Shown here in pieces: positions 45,880 to 64,000 of a stretch of DNA of 64,000 nucleotides. This DNA is from Felis catus. Its lineage: Eukaryota. The first letter of the stretch is position 1, and every line of letters starts with the position of its first letter. The translations under genes and the position numbers were made by a program. The notes beneath the pieces were generated by a model, which was given only the letters and a program-made list of their open reading frames with translations, did no database searches and was not told where the DNA came from. The stretch lies in NCBI RefSeq assembly GCF_018350175.1, contig NC_058369.1, forward strand, positions 1,180,001 through 1,244,000, written 5' to 3'.

Positions 45880-46430
45880 AACGGGGAGTAAGTCGCAGGG
45901 TGCCCAGGGCCCCAGAAGATCTGCCGGAGGGGGGGGGGGGAGGCAGGAGGATGAGATGGAAGGGGAGGAGGTGCGAGTGGCCACGCGTCGGGGGGCAGGC
46001 AGAGGTGGGGGAAGCCCGGCCGCGGAGGAACAGCACGCCAGCAGAGCCCTGGAAGAGGCAAAGCGGAGCTCGTGTTTAAACACCGCTGTTGGAGGAAACT
46101 CTCCAGACAGAGGAAAAGCCCCGAAACGCCGCGCTGAACGGGCCCCTTGGAAGCGCACGGAACGGCCACCTCTGAGGCATCGCCTAGTAAAATGACTCCG
46201 TCGTGAAGATGACGATGGACCCCGAGGCCTGCAGGCAAGAAGACAGAGTGATCCACCGGGGCAAGAGGGTTCTGCCGTGAGGCTTTCCAAACCGGCACAT
46301 GGTGCGAGGCACGCGGGCAGCAGCCTCTTGTAAAGTGAGGGGGGCGTCCGCGTGCTGCCAGGCTGTCCTTCAAGCGTCAAGGTAGGAGAAAGCCCCAGAA
46401 GCTCATGCCCAGAGTCGCAGTCCTGTGCGG
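45880..46430 (+). mobile_element. Decayed L1/HAL1 ORF1-like remnant
   Basis: GAGGCATCGCCTAGTAAAAT (RH.LVK), AGGCAAGAAGACAGAGTGA and CCAGGCTGTCCTTCAAG (LSFK) follow the ORF1 C-terminal motif order. Confidence 0.45.
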
Positions 46431-47124
46431 GCTGGCCTGGGGGCGGGGGGCGGGGAGGGGGTGCGCTGCGGCCGCAGGCAGACAGGTGCGCGTACACGTG
46501 TCCACCTGAGACGGAGAGGAAGAAGCACGAATGACACAACCGTAGGCTCAGGACTCACAGCGGAGACCGGCACGAGCCCTGTGGTGTCGGGTTCGAGCCA
46601 GAGGGCTCAGCTCAGACTGGGCCCCGTGATCGTAAGCAGGGAGATAAACGCAAAAACAGACGTGCGGCTGCGCGCTGACCTGCACACGTATTTCCCGTTT
46701 CGCCGACCCCACTCTTTGTGCTCTTCTCGCCATTTAGTTTATTTCTGACAAATGTCACAAGCCCACAGTTCCCAGGCGCGGTGTTTGTGTTACATGATTA
46801 TCTGTTGAATACGCTTTCCTACACACGTATCCGTAGACACGTGAGGTCCACACGCTGACTCCGCAGTACTCTTCATCCTTGCCCACTGCAGATGCCATCC
46901 GGGGGCCTCTCCTTTCAGCCGGAAGAGTCTTTAATATGTTTTGTCGTGTGGGTTTTTTGGGCAACGAAGCGTCTCGGCTTCTCGTTGCCTGAAAAATAGC
47001 TTTATTTTGCCTGCACTAACGGTGGGTGTTTTGGGTTGGAAATGGAATTTTAGGTTGGCAGGTGGATTCATTTTTTTGTGTGCATGTGGGTTTTTTTTTT
47101 TTTTTTTTGCCTTCCAGCATTTTT

Positions 47125-47335
47125 AAAAGAAAAAATTTAAGTTTATTTTGAGAGAGAGAGCAAGTGTGAGCAGGGGAGGGGCAGAGAGAGAGAGAGAGAG
47201 AGAGAGGATCCCAAGCAGGCTCCATGCTGTCGGCGCAGAGCCCAACGTGGGGCTCGGACCCACAAAATGCAAGATCGCGACCTGAGCCGGAGTCGAGAGT
47301 GGGACGCTGAACTGACTGAAGCTGCCAGGCGCCCC
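47125..47335 (-). mobile_element. Can-SINE with a near-perfect TSD
   Basis: (AG)n tract, ends GCCAGGCGCCCC; TTGCCTTCCA(G/A)CATTTT flanks both sides (about 47107 and 47339). Confidence 0.87.
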
Positions 47336-47694
47336 TTGTTGCCTTCCAACATTTTCAAGACCTCGTCCGGTTGTTTCTGACGCAAGGTGAGTAGCCATCG
47401 TTGTTCCCTTGAAGGTTGCGTACCTCTTTGTCTGCTGGTAAGACTGCGCGTGTAAGTTACTTGGCTGTGATGTGTGGTTTTCTTCGGATTTATTGTGCAG
47501 GGCGTTTGTCGAGCTCCTTAGATCTGTGGGTTGTGTCTTTCATCAGTTCTGGCAGATTTCCTACTGTTAGCTCATACGTGTTTTTCCACAGCTTCTCTCT
47601 CCCCCAGGACTCTGGTTATCGACACGTAGGACCGTCTCATCTGACCCCGAGGGTCTCTGACACTCTGGGGATTTTGTGTGATTTTGCGGTTTTC

Positions 47695-47905
47695 CTTTTT
47701 GTTTATTTTTATTTATTTTTATCTTTATTTTTGAGAGAGAAAGAGTGTGAATGGAGGAGGGGCAGAGGGAGAGGGAGACACAGAATCCGAAGCAGGCTCC
47801 AGGCTCCGAGCCATCAGCCCAGTGCCCGACGCAGGGCTCGAACCCATGGATTATGAGATCACGACCTGAACCAAAGTCGGTGCTCAACCGACTGAGCCCC
47901 CAGGT
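47695..47905 (-). mobile_element. Can-SINE
   Basis: GAGACACAGAATCCGAAGCAGGCTCCAGGCTCCGAGCCATCAGCCCAG...CAACCGACTGAGCCCCCAGG. Confidence 0.87.
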
Positions 47906-48424
47906 TTCTATTCTTCCCTTGTGCCTCCAGTTTGGCCGGTCCTGATGTGTCTTAGACTTACGGGTCCTCTTCCGTTTTGCTCCGTGTGCTTTCAAGCTCT
48001 CCGGTGCAGTCTTCTCCGGTATCTCGTACCTTCTAGAGGCCCCGCTTGTGTCTGGAGCCTGTTTCTCCGCGAATCCTCCCAACTCTTCACCTCGGCCTCG
48101 TCGTCTTCTCCGTTCTTTTAACGGGTCCACAGCAGCCACCCGACGAGCCTTGACATCTCACCTCGGCGTCCCGTCCCCCGCAGGTCCGCTAGCGGCTTTT
48201 GCTCCTCTTGGCTGGGGGTTGCATTTTCCCCCTTCGCACGTCTCAGAATTGCTGTTGCACTGCAGCATCGTGCGTGACGGAGGAGGAACCCCCTTCCCGG
48301 ACCGGCCGGACCAGGGGGTTGGGCCGCTGGTGAGACCGGGTTTCTACCTAGCTTCAGCTCACCTCCAGTTTGCACGTCTTGAACTTGGTTCCTGTCTTGA
48401 GCTGCCTTGCTTGGGGGAGGGGTT

Positions 48425-48606
48425 ATTTTTTTTTTAATGTTTTTTTTGAGAGCGCACATGTGAGCTGGGGAGAGGGAGAGAGAGAGGGAGAGAGCGAGAA
48501 CCCCGAGCAGGCTCCGCACTGTCAGCGCAGAGCCTGATGCGTGAGATCGTGACCCGAGCCGCAGTCGAGAGTCGGCGCTGAACCGACTGAGGCGCCCAGG
48601 CGCCCC
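48425..48606 (-). mobile_element. Can-SINE
   Basis: Ends AACCGACTGAGGCGCCCAGGCGCCCC; TTGAGCTGCC occurs on both flanks. Confidence 0.85.
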
Positions 48607-49594
48607 TTGAGCTGCCGCGTTTCTGTCGTCAGCCCCGAGTTGTAGCGGGGGCTCTGATTCCAGGCACGGGGAGACCACAGACTTCGCTCTGCCTCTCCAC
48701 CCCACCCACCCGCATCAGCAGCCAAGCGCGAAGCAAAATGCCAAGGGAGGAAGAGAGCCTGCCGTGTTCCGAGCCCCTCCAGGTTCCAGGTCTCTGTGCC
48801 GCCGCCACGGGCACCGGCCCCAGCCGGCTTCCCTTCTGTCAGGGAACGCCCTGCCCACGGCACACCCCACTCGGCGAGTGCTTCCGGGGGTGGCCTGCCG
48901 GCCCCTGTTCATCTGGCAGTGGCTTTTCCCCTGAAAACCCAGCTTCTCTGCAGGGCCTGGCATCCACGTCCCTTTGATGGGTTTACAATTAAATATTTCT
49001 TTCACGTTTTCTTTTAAGTTGAGGGTTTTCGTTGCGGTCTGATGCATGCGTACAATATGAAATAATTAGCCCAAGGTTAACTATCGGGGTAACAAACACA
49101 CCCGCCACCTCAGAGCCGACCACGTGTGCATACGGTGAGAACACCGGGTCCGCTGTTAGTCCTCAGGCATATGGGGTAGCAGTGACCGTGGCCGCCAGGC
49201 TGTCTGCCGTAGCCCCAGAACGTGCGCGCCTTGCAACTGAAACCCGTACCCCACGACCGGCACCTGCCCGTCTCCTCCACCCCTGGCCGCCGCTGTGCTC
49301 TCTGCCTCCGTGAGTTCTGATGTCGTTTTAGATTCCACGTGTGAGAGGTCATGTGGCCCCTGCCTCTGTGTGCATAGCGCCATGCACGTTGTTGCAAAGG
49401 GCGAAGCTTTTCTTTTTATAAAAAAAAAGGGCTGAACGATACTACGCATTTTCTTCATCTATCCTTGACACTTGATTTCCATGTCTGGTCAGCAGGGCTG
49501 CACTGAACTTGGGAGTACAGATGTTTGGGACACTGACGTCATTTCCTTCGCATGTATACCCAGAGGTGGAATTGCTGCATGTTCTATATATATA

Positions 49595-50045
49595 AATTTT
49601 TTAAGTTTATTTTGAGAAAGACAGCGTGAGTAGGGGAGGGGCAGAGAGAGGGAGAGAGCGAGAGGATCCCAAGCAGGCTCCAAGCCATCAGCACAGAGCC
49701 CGATGAGGGGCCCGAACTCACGAAACCATGAGATCGTGACCTGAGCCAAAACCGAGAGATGCTCAACTGAGCCACCCGGGCACCCCCGCATCATGTATTT
49801 CTATTTCAAATTCTTGGGGGCGCCTCTAAGACTGTTTTCATTGGCCGCACCTGTGTATGGTTCTGTAGTGCATTTTATTTTGAGAGAGAATGCAGGCAGG
49901 GCAGGGGCAGAGAGAGAATCCCAAGCAGGCTCCACACTGTCAGCACAGAGCCCAATGCGGGGTTCAGTCTCACAAACTGTGAGATCATAACCTGAGCTTA
50001 AATCAAGTCGGACGCTCAACCAATTGAGCCACCCAGAGGCCCCCA
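49595..50045 (-). mobile_element. Two adjacent Can-SINEs (about 49595-49787 and 49872-50045)
   Basis: Two copies of the ATCCCAAGCAGGCTCCA...GAGATC.TGACCTGAGC...TGAGCCACCC pattern. Confidence 0.85.
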
Positions 50046-51633
50046 TCTTGTCTTTAACCAGCTAAAGTTATGGCTGCAGTGGTCTATGTTCTAACCAGAA
50101 GTCACCCCTCTTACTGTGTCCTCAAAGTCTATAGGGTCTGTAGTGCTGTCCCCTTTTCGATCTTGACATCGCTCTTGGGTTTTCGCTCTTTAAAATATAT
50201 TTGTTGTGATTTCATCAAGGAACCAGCTAATGGTTTGTTTTGTATTTCATTTGTCTTCATTTTTGGTCTATTTTATTTCCCATTTTTGGGGTCAGATTTG
50301 CTGTTAATTTTCTTGTTTCTTAAAATGAAAGCTTAGACCTTTGGCTTTAAACCTTTCTTCTTTTCTAATGTATATGTAAATTTCCCCAAGTTTGCTTTAG
50401 CAGGATCCTGAAATTTTGGTGTATTATAATCAGAGTATCATTCAGTTCAACAGTTAATTTACATATGGCTTTTTTAGCCCATGTTTGATTCCACTGTCAT
50501 CAGAGCTGGGTGTAGTGTTCTATAGATATCGATTAGGTAAAGTCTGTTCAACTATTAAAGATCCTTCTTGATTTTTGTTCATTCTGTCATTTAGAGAGAG
50601 ATGTGACAGTGTTAATTTCCAACTAGGGTCATAGATTTCTCATTTTTGTTCTGCCGACTCTTAAACATATCTAATGGTGCTCTGGTGTGTAGACGTAGGG
50701 CAGTCCTTCCTTCCTGTGGGATTGACCCGTTCATCCTCGTGAAATGTCCTTTAACTGTTACGAACGCTCACTGCCTTAAGGTCTGGTACTGATACAGGTG
50801 TGGTGTTTGCAGGGCGATTTTTCCCACCGTTCAGCCTCAGTTTCTGTTTCTTTGTAGTTAAAGCGAGACTCTTGCAATCAGGAAGTTGTCTGGTTTTGGT
50901 CTTGCATCCAGTCTGATGGTCCTAACCTTTCAACCGGAGGATTTAGATCTGCATACGTTTAACGTAACTGATGCGGTTGAGTTTCCGTCTGTCTTTACGT
51001 TTTTGAAGGGCTCAGAATTCTAGTTTGGTAGTTCTTTCTGCTGGCTGTTTGTGACATTTTTTTCCCTTTGGTTTTTAGCAGTTTGTGTATACGTGAGTTT
51101 TTTTTTTTTTTAACCTCACTGTGGGTCACTGAGATTTTTCAGTGTGCGAATTGACGTCTTTACTCATTTTGGAAAATTCCTGGCTACCGTGCTGTTCCCT
51201 CTCTGCTTTTTCTCAGGAACGCCCTAACACGTGGGGCAGAGCCAGGTGGCGCACCCGGGTCAGGTTACCCACGCTGCACAGGCACAGCCCCGGTCCAGAG
51301 GGCAGAGCCAACGAGGTGTAGGCACAGCTTGTGGCAGCAGGGTCTGGGGTGGGGGCTTCTGCAGGGACATGATGGGCATCACAGAAGTTCTGTGAGGACA
51401 GAGGGCATGGGGAGGATCCCCACCTGGTCTGGACGCCCTAGGGGAGGGACATCTGTGTTAGCAGTGACTCCGGATGCAGGCAGAGTCACAGCCCCTCCCC
51501 CCCCAATCTTACAGGTGGAGGGGGCAGGGAGACAACCGCAGAGAGAAGACCCAGATCTCAAAGCTGCCAGGGTCCCCTCCCGCCACCCCTGACCAGAAGA
51601 AGCACGCAGGTCAGGATGGCTTCGTTTCTTTCC

Positions 51634-51639
51634 TTTATT
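51634..51639 (-). terminator. BTBD2: BTBD2 polyadenylation signal
   Basis: TTTATT on plus (AATAAA on minus), about 790 nt after the stop. Confidence 0.75.
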
Positions 51640-52430
51640 TAAAAAAATCATTTGGGGGTCTGGTGTGAGGAGGGCACACCTTTCATGGCTTGGGGAGGAC
51701 AGTTTCCGGAAGGGATCACTGGGGTGAAAACGCGGTGGGGGAAGGACTGGGGACTTAGGGGAGGGGCTCCGCCCTCCAGCACCTCTGGACCTAGAGCTCA
51801 CTCAGAGGCCGGGTGGGGCGGGGCTTCGGTATGTACAGGGGGCGGGGCCAGCCGGGGTCGCGGCCACCAAGGCAGGCCCCGTACCATTTGCCCCTCTGGG
51901 CAGATCAGGTCGGGAGTTCGTGCCCGCAGCTGCAGGGGCCCTTCTCTGGGCGGGGGCCGGGGCCTGGCAGAAAGCCAGCCTGTGGGACCTCGAGGGGGGC
52001 TGGGCCAGCGTGCTGGGGGCCAGGGTCAGGGCGGCCCAAGCATCCCCAGTGAATAGACCAGGACGCCACACGCTGCCTCCTACCAGAGAAATGGGGACCC
52101 AAGATGCATTGCTATGTGCGGTTAGAACAAACATGAGACGGAATCCTATTTGAATCCTGTGTTCAGGCGGTTGGTCGGGTGGCCCTGAGCTGCAGGGACG
52201 GCGTGTGGGACCCCCCCACGTCCAAGGCCCCGGGGGGACACTTGGCTCAGGGCGGGTCCGGGCCAGCCCTGCCCACCCCCCCACGTCCTGAAGGACCGCA
52301 TCACAGCCCCTGCCCGGCTCCCCCGAGCAGGGAGTGAAGACCCTCTCCTGACGCCCAGAAACGTGGCAGGGGGCGCGGTACGGGGTGGGGGTGGCCTACT
52401 TGCATCAGGTGGCTTCGGGGACCGGGCGGC

Positions 52431-60752
<8,322 letters not shown>

Positions 60753-61829
60753 TCAGAGAAGACCGAGGTTACCCTCCACGTGGCCTTGACTGCTCCCGTC
60801 ACTGACCCCGGGGGCTGTCGGCGGGGAGTGGGGGGGGGGCGGTCCCCATAGGAGATGCTGCGGGAGCGACCCCGGCTAGCACCCCGGCAGACCCCGGCCC
60901 AGCAGGCCCTGCTGGCAGATGGCTCTAGAAGGCCGCACTCTGGAGCAAGGCTGCTCAGAAGGTTCAGTGGTAACACTGGGCGGGACGAGTGAGGTCACCG
61001 GCCCCGCGGCAGGATGGCCTCATGCCCCCGCGGCCCCAGCAGCGCGTCCGTCCACCCCCCCGCTCTGCACGCACATCCCGCGCTCAGGTCGTGGGCACGA
61101 GGGTCCCGGCCATCCTGCAGTGGGGCAGACACAGTAAGTGCAGGGACAGCCTGACTGTGGGGCAGGAAGAACCCAAGGCCGCGACAGGAGCGAGGGTCAG
61201 GGAAGGCTTGGCAGGGGCACCTGAGTGGGGCCGAGTCCCCGGGGCAGCCTCGGGAGGCGGTGGCCGCGAGGAGGCCTGCGGGCTCTGTCGCGTGCGGTGT
61301 GGCCACTCGGGGCCCCCCAAGCCAGCCGGGGACCCTCCAGCTGGACCACGACGTGGGGGGGGCCTCCGCGGTGGCCGAGCTCAGGGAGGCGACGCCCGCC
61401 CTGTGCTTTGTGCTGTCCACGCACAGCCTCCGGGGCCCACCCCACGTGGCCCAGGCACCATCCCCGGGACACCCACCCACTCCCGGGTCCACGTGGGGAC
61501 AAACACAGGGCTCCGAGTGGCCACCCTGGCTCAGAGCCCTCTGGGTCGGCACGCATCTGCAGGCGGGGCGCAGCCAGCCCCCACGTCCTGCTCCCAGCCT
61601 CTGCCTGCCCCAAGCTGAGCAGCCCCCCACCCTTGGCGGGCAGAGCGCCCCTTCCCCCGGCCCCTCCCTCCCCCTCCCTCGGCGTCTCCGGCCCTCGTTT
61701 GGGCCACAGTGCGGCACGGCGGCTGGATCCCATCCGAGAACCAGACCCGAGACGGACGGGAACCCGAGTGCAGTGGGGCGAACAGCGTCCCCCCAAAATC
61801 CCGTCCGCCCGGAAAGGCAGAACGGGACC

Positions 61830-62150
61830 TCACTTGGGAACAGTCCTTGTAGAATGTGACTGGTTCGGGCGAGGGCATGGAGGGTGGCCCTAAGAGGGGA
61901 ATTTGGACACGGACACGGACACGGGGAAAGGACACGTGAGGACAGAGGCAGAGACTGGAGGGGACGCCTGGACCCCAGGAGCTGGAGGAGGCAGGGGGGG
62001 CCCTCCAGGGCCTCCGGAGGGAGCGCAGCCCTGCTGACACCGTGACCTCGGACGCCTAGCCCCGGAGCTGGGGCAGGAGACCCCGTGTGGCTCTCGCACC
62101 CCCCGAGCTGTAGGTTCCGGCCGCACCGGGCGGCTCCTGTCCCTGCCGTG
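61830..62150 (+). mobile_element. MLT1 LTR remnant, GC-shifted
   Basis: GGACCTCACTTGGGAACAGTC...GAGGGGAATTTGGACAC...GAGGCAGAGACTGGAG...GGAGCGCAGCCCTGCTGACACC. Confidence 0.6.
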
Positions 62151-63099
62151 GCCAGCCTCACCCACGTCTTCGGAGGCCCTGGGCTCTCACGCCACCGCGG
62201 CAGGTCCCCAGGCCCCGCTGTCCTCCTGCACACGGTCCCTAGATAAGGTGCCTTCCCAGAAGCACCTCAATCTCCTGCTGGAAAACGGACCCAAACACAG
62301 AAGAGGCTGCTGACTGTACCCGGCGCGTCAGGGCCCAGCCACCCGACGCGGGGTGGACGGGCACGGACCTCACGCACCCCGGGCGTCCCCGCCAGCAGGC
62401 AAGGAGTCTGAGATGCGGAGGTGGGCATCAAGCCACAGAAACGAACACGGGGCTCCGATCGAGGACGGCCCAGCAGCGAGGGGACACCCAGGGCCCGGAG
62501 CTTGGTGTCCAAATCCCACACCCACAGAGGGTCCAGGCTCCTTGGAGAAACGGCGGATTCCAGGGCTGGGGGGGGGGGGGGGCACCCAACGGGCTCGGAG
62601 TATCTTGCGGGGCCAGAAGGAAAGGGCTGCTCCCAACGTGCTGGGGAAACGCGGACGCGGCGCCCACCCGGCGAGCTTGCGGCCGAGCTGGGGACAGAGG
62701 AACGGCCGGGGGTCCGTGGGGAATGAACCGAGTGAGCAGGTGAGGGGCCGCGGGAGGGACAAGGGGCGCCAGCCCCCCCCCCCCCCCATCAGGACTCCAG
62801 CCAATGAAGCGCAGAAAACGGCCACACGGCGGACACGGAGTAGCCACCGTTTCCGGGGCGGATCCTCAGCCCTCCGCCCGGCAGCCAGCGGGCAAAGCGG
62901 AGGAGACACAGGGGGTCTGCCCAGCCCCACAGCATCCCGCGGGGACAGCGCTCACGGCCACCGGGGAGGGCGCACATCACTGCTCTATATCCACACACGC
63001 GGCAGGGGCAGGGATGGGAGCCGGAGCGGAGGCCACGGCCCCACACGGAGCCGTGACGGAGCCGCGTGCACGTCACACCCCTCAGCCGTCGAGGAGGCT

Positions 63100-64000
63100 G
63101 TTTCTAGAACGTCCACACTGCGGACGTCTGGAGCCCAGTACGCCCGGGGTCGGTAACAGTTACAAACACACACACGCGCCTGGCACCAGAGTCCCTAAAT
63201 ACACGACGCAGAAGCTGAGTGGCACCGGGAGAACGAGGCCACTGGACAACCACGCTGGAGCTTCCGGAGCGTTCCGGATGCCGGCAGAGCGGTGGGCAGA
63301 CCAGACGTCCGCACACAGCCCAGGCCCCGGAGCCCGGCCGCCCCCGGCTGCCAGCAGGACCCAACCGACCTTCCGGGGACCCTGCCTGCACAGGTGGGAT
63401 GTCCTTCGGGGCCAACAGGTGCGCCGGGCAGCGCCGGCGTCGGCCAGAGCGTGGTCTCCAAACACAGCCGAGTTCGATTACCAAGCCACAACCAGAGAAG
63501 TCTGAGACATCCCCAAATGCTTGCAAGTGAACCCACTGGGGAGTAGCCACGGGTCCGAGAAGGAACACGAGGAAGCGAGGAAAGATCTTGGCTGCAAAGG
63601 AGACCACAGTGCGACAGGCCGACCCGAGGGTCGCAGCTCGAAGGACACGTCGCGCATCTATTAAGGGCCCAGGAATCCGCGAGGCGAGCTTCCGCATCAG
63701 GAGTCCAGAAAATGGAGAGTAAACCAAACCCACGGAGAGAAGGGAACAGCCGAGGTGGGAACAGGACCTCGTGAAATCGGGCACGGGGATGGCAGGGGGT
63801 GCAGAGAAACCACTGGAAACGGGAGGGCCGCGAGGTACCGAAATCAGGAGCAACGGTGGGAACATCGTTCAGGAACGTAAGGAACACGATCTCACCCCAC
63901 GGCAAAGCCCGTCCGCAGACGGCTTCACGGGGGACCCCTCCCAATCACGCCGGAAGTGACAGCGACCGCAGGCAGACTCTCCCAGAAAACGGAGACGCCC
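63100..64000 (+). mobile_element. Decayed L1 ORF2 (endonuclease and linker region), GC-shifted
   Basis: THAPGTRVPKYTTQKL resembles IYAPNTRAPKYIKQKL; QSPSADGFTGD resembles KSPGPDGFTGE. Confidence 0.7.

Larger units (their letters stand above)
46720..51220 (-). mobile_element. Old antisense L1 fragments between CSNK1G2 and BTBD2, with nested SINEs
   Basis: T-rich sequence such as CTTTCTTCTTTTCTAATGTA...TAAATTTCCCC...GCTTTAGCAG..TCC...AAATTTTG is antisense to the ORF2 segment QNLWDAAKA..RGKFIA..AYIRKEE. Confidence 0.65.

Noticed and set aside
60995..62233. 412-aa minus-strand ORF, considered as BTBD2 exon 1
   Set aside because: No BTBD2 N-terminal or BTB-start sequence, and it overlaps an MLT1 remnant. 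It is a GC-driven open frame.

Overview
GC-rich mammalian genomic DNA, probably from a felid (it carries a SINEC_Fc-type Can-SINE), with the gene order seen at human 19p13.3. It holds three intact spliced genes. SCAMP4 (+, complete 230-aa CDS in six exons, 253-11982). CSNK1G2/casein kinase 1 gamma 2 (+, CpG-island non-coding exon 1 ending at 20054, 414-aa CDS in 11 exons, 36335-44140). BTBD2 (-, exons 2-9, 60744 to 52431; exon 1 lies beyond the window end). All coding exon boundaries were read by hand: they are GT-AG and keep the reading frame. Introns and intergenic DNA contain Can-SINEs and decayed L1, MLT1, MER21, MER20, MER58, Tigger2, MIR and L2 remnants, many shifted strongly towards GC; these family calls are from recalled consensus sequences, not a database search. 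I found no new protein-coding system. The most unusual signal is that separate copies of old repeats share near-identical GC-enriched cores, which suggests ectopic GC-biased homogenisation. CSNK1G2 also has several notable regulatory features: twin CREs beside a CpG-substituted X-box palindrome, several uORFs including a perfect-Kozak M-V-Y-stop, a last intron whose retention would delete the palmitoylation tail, and a 64-nt intron.
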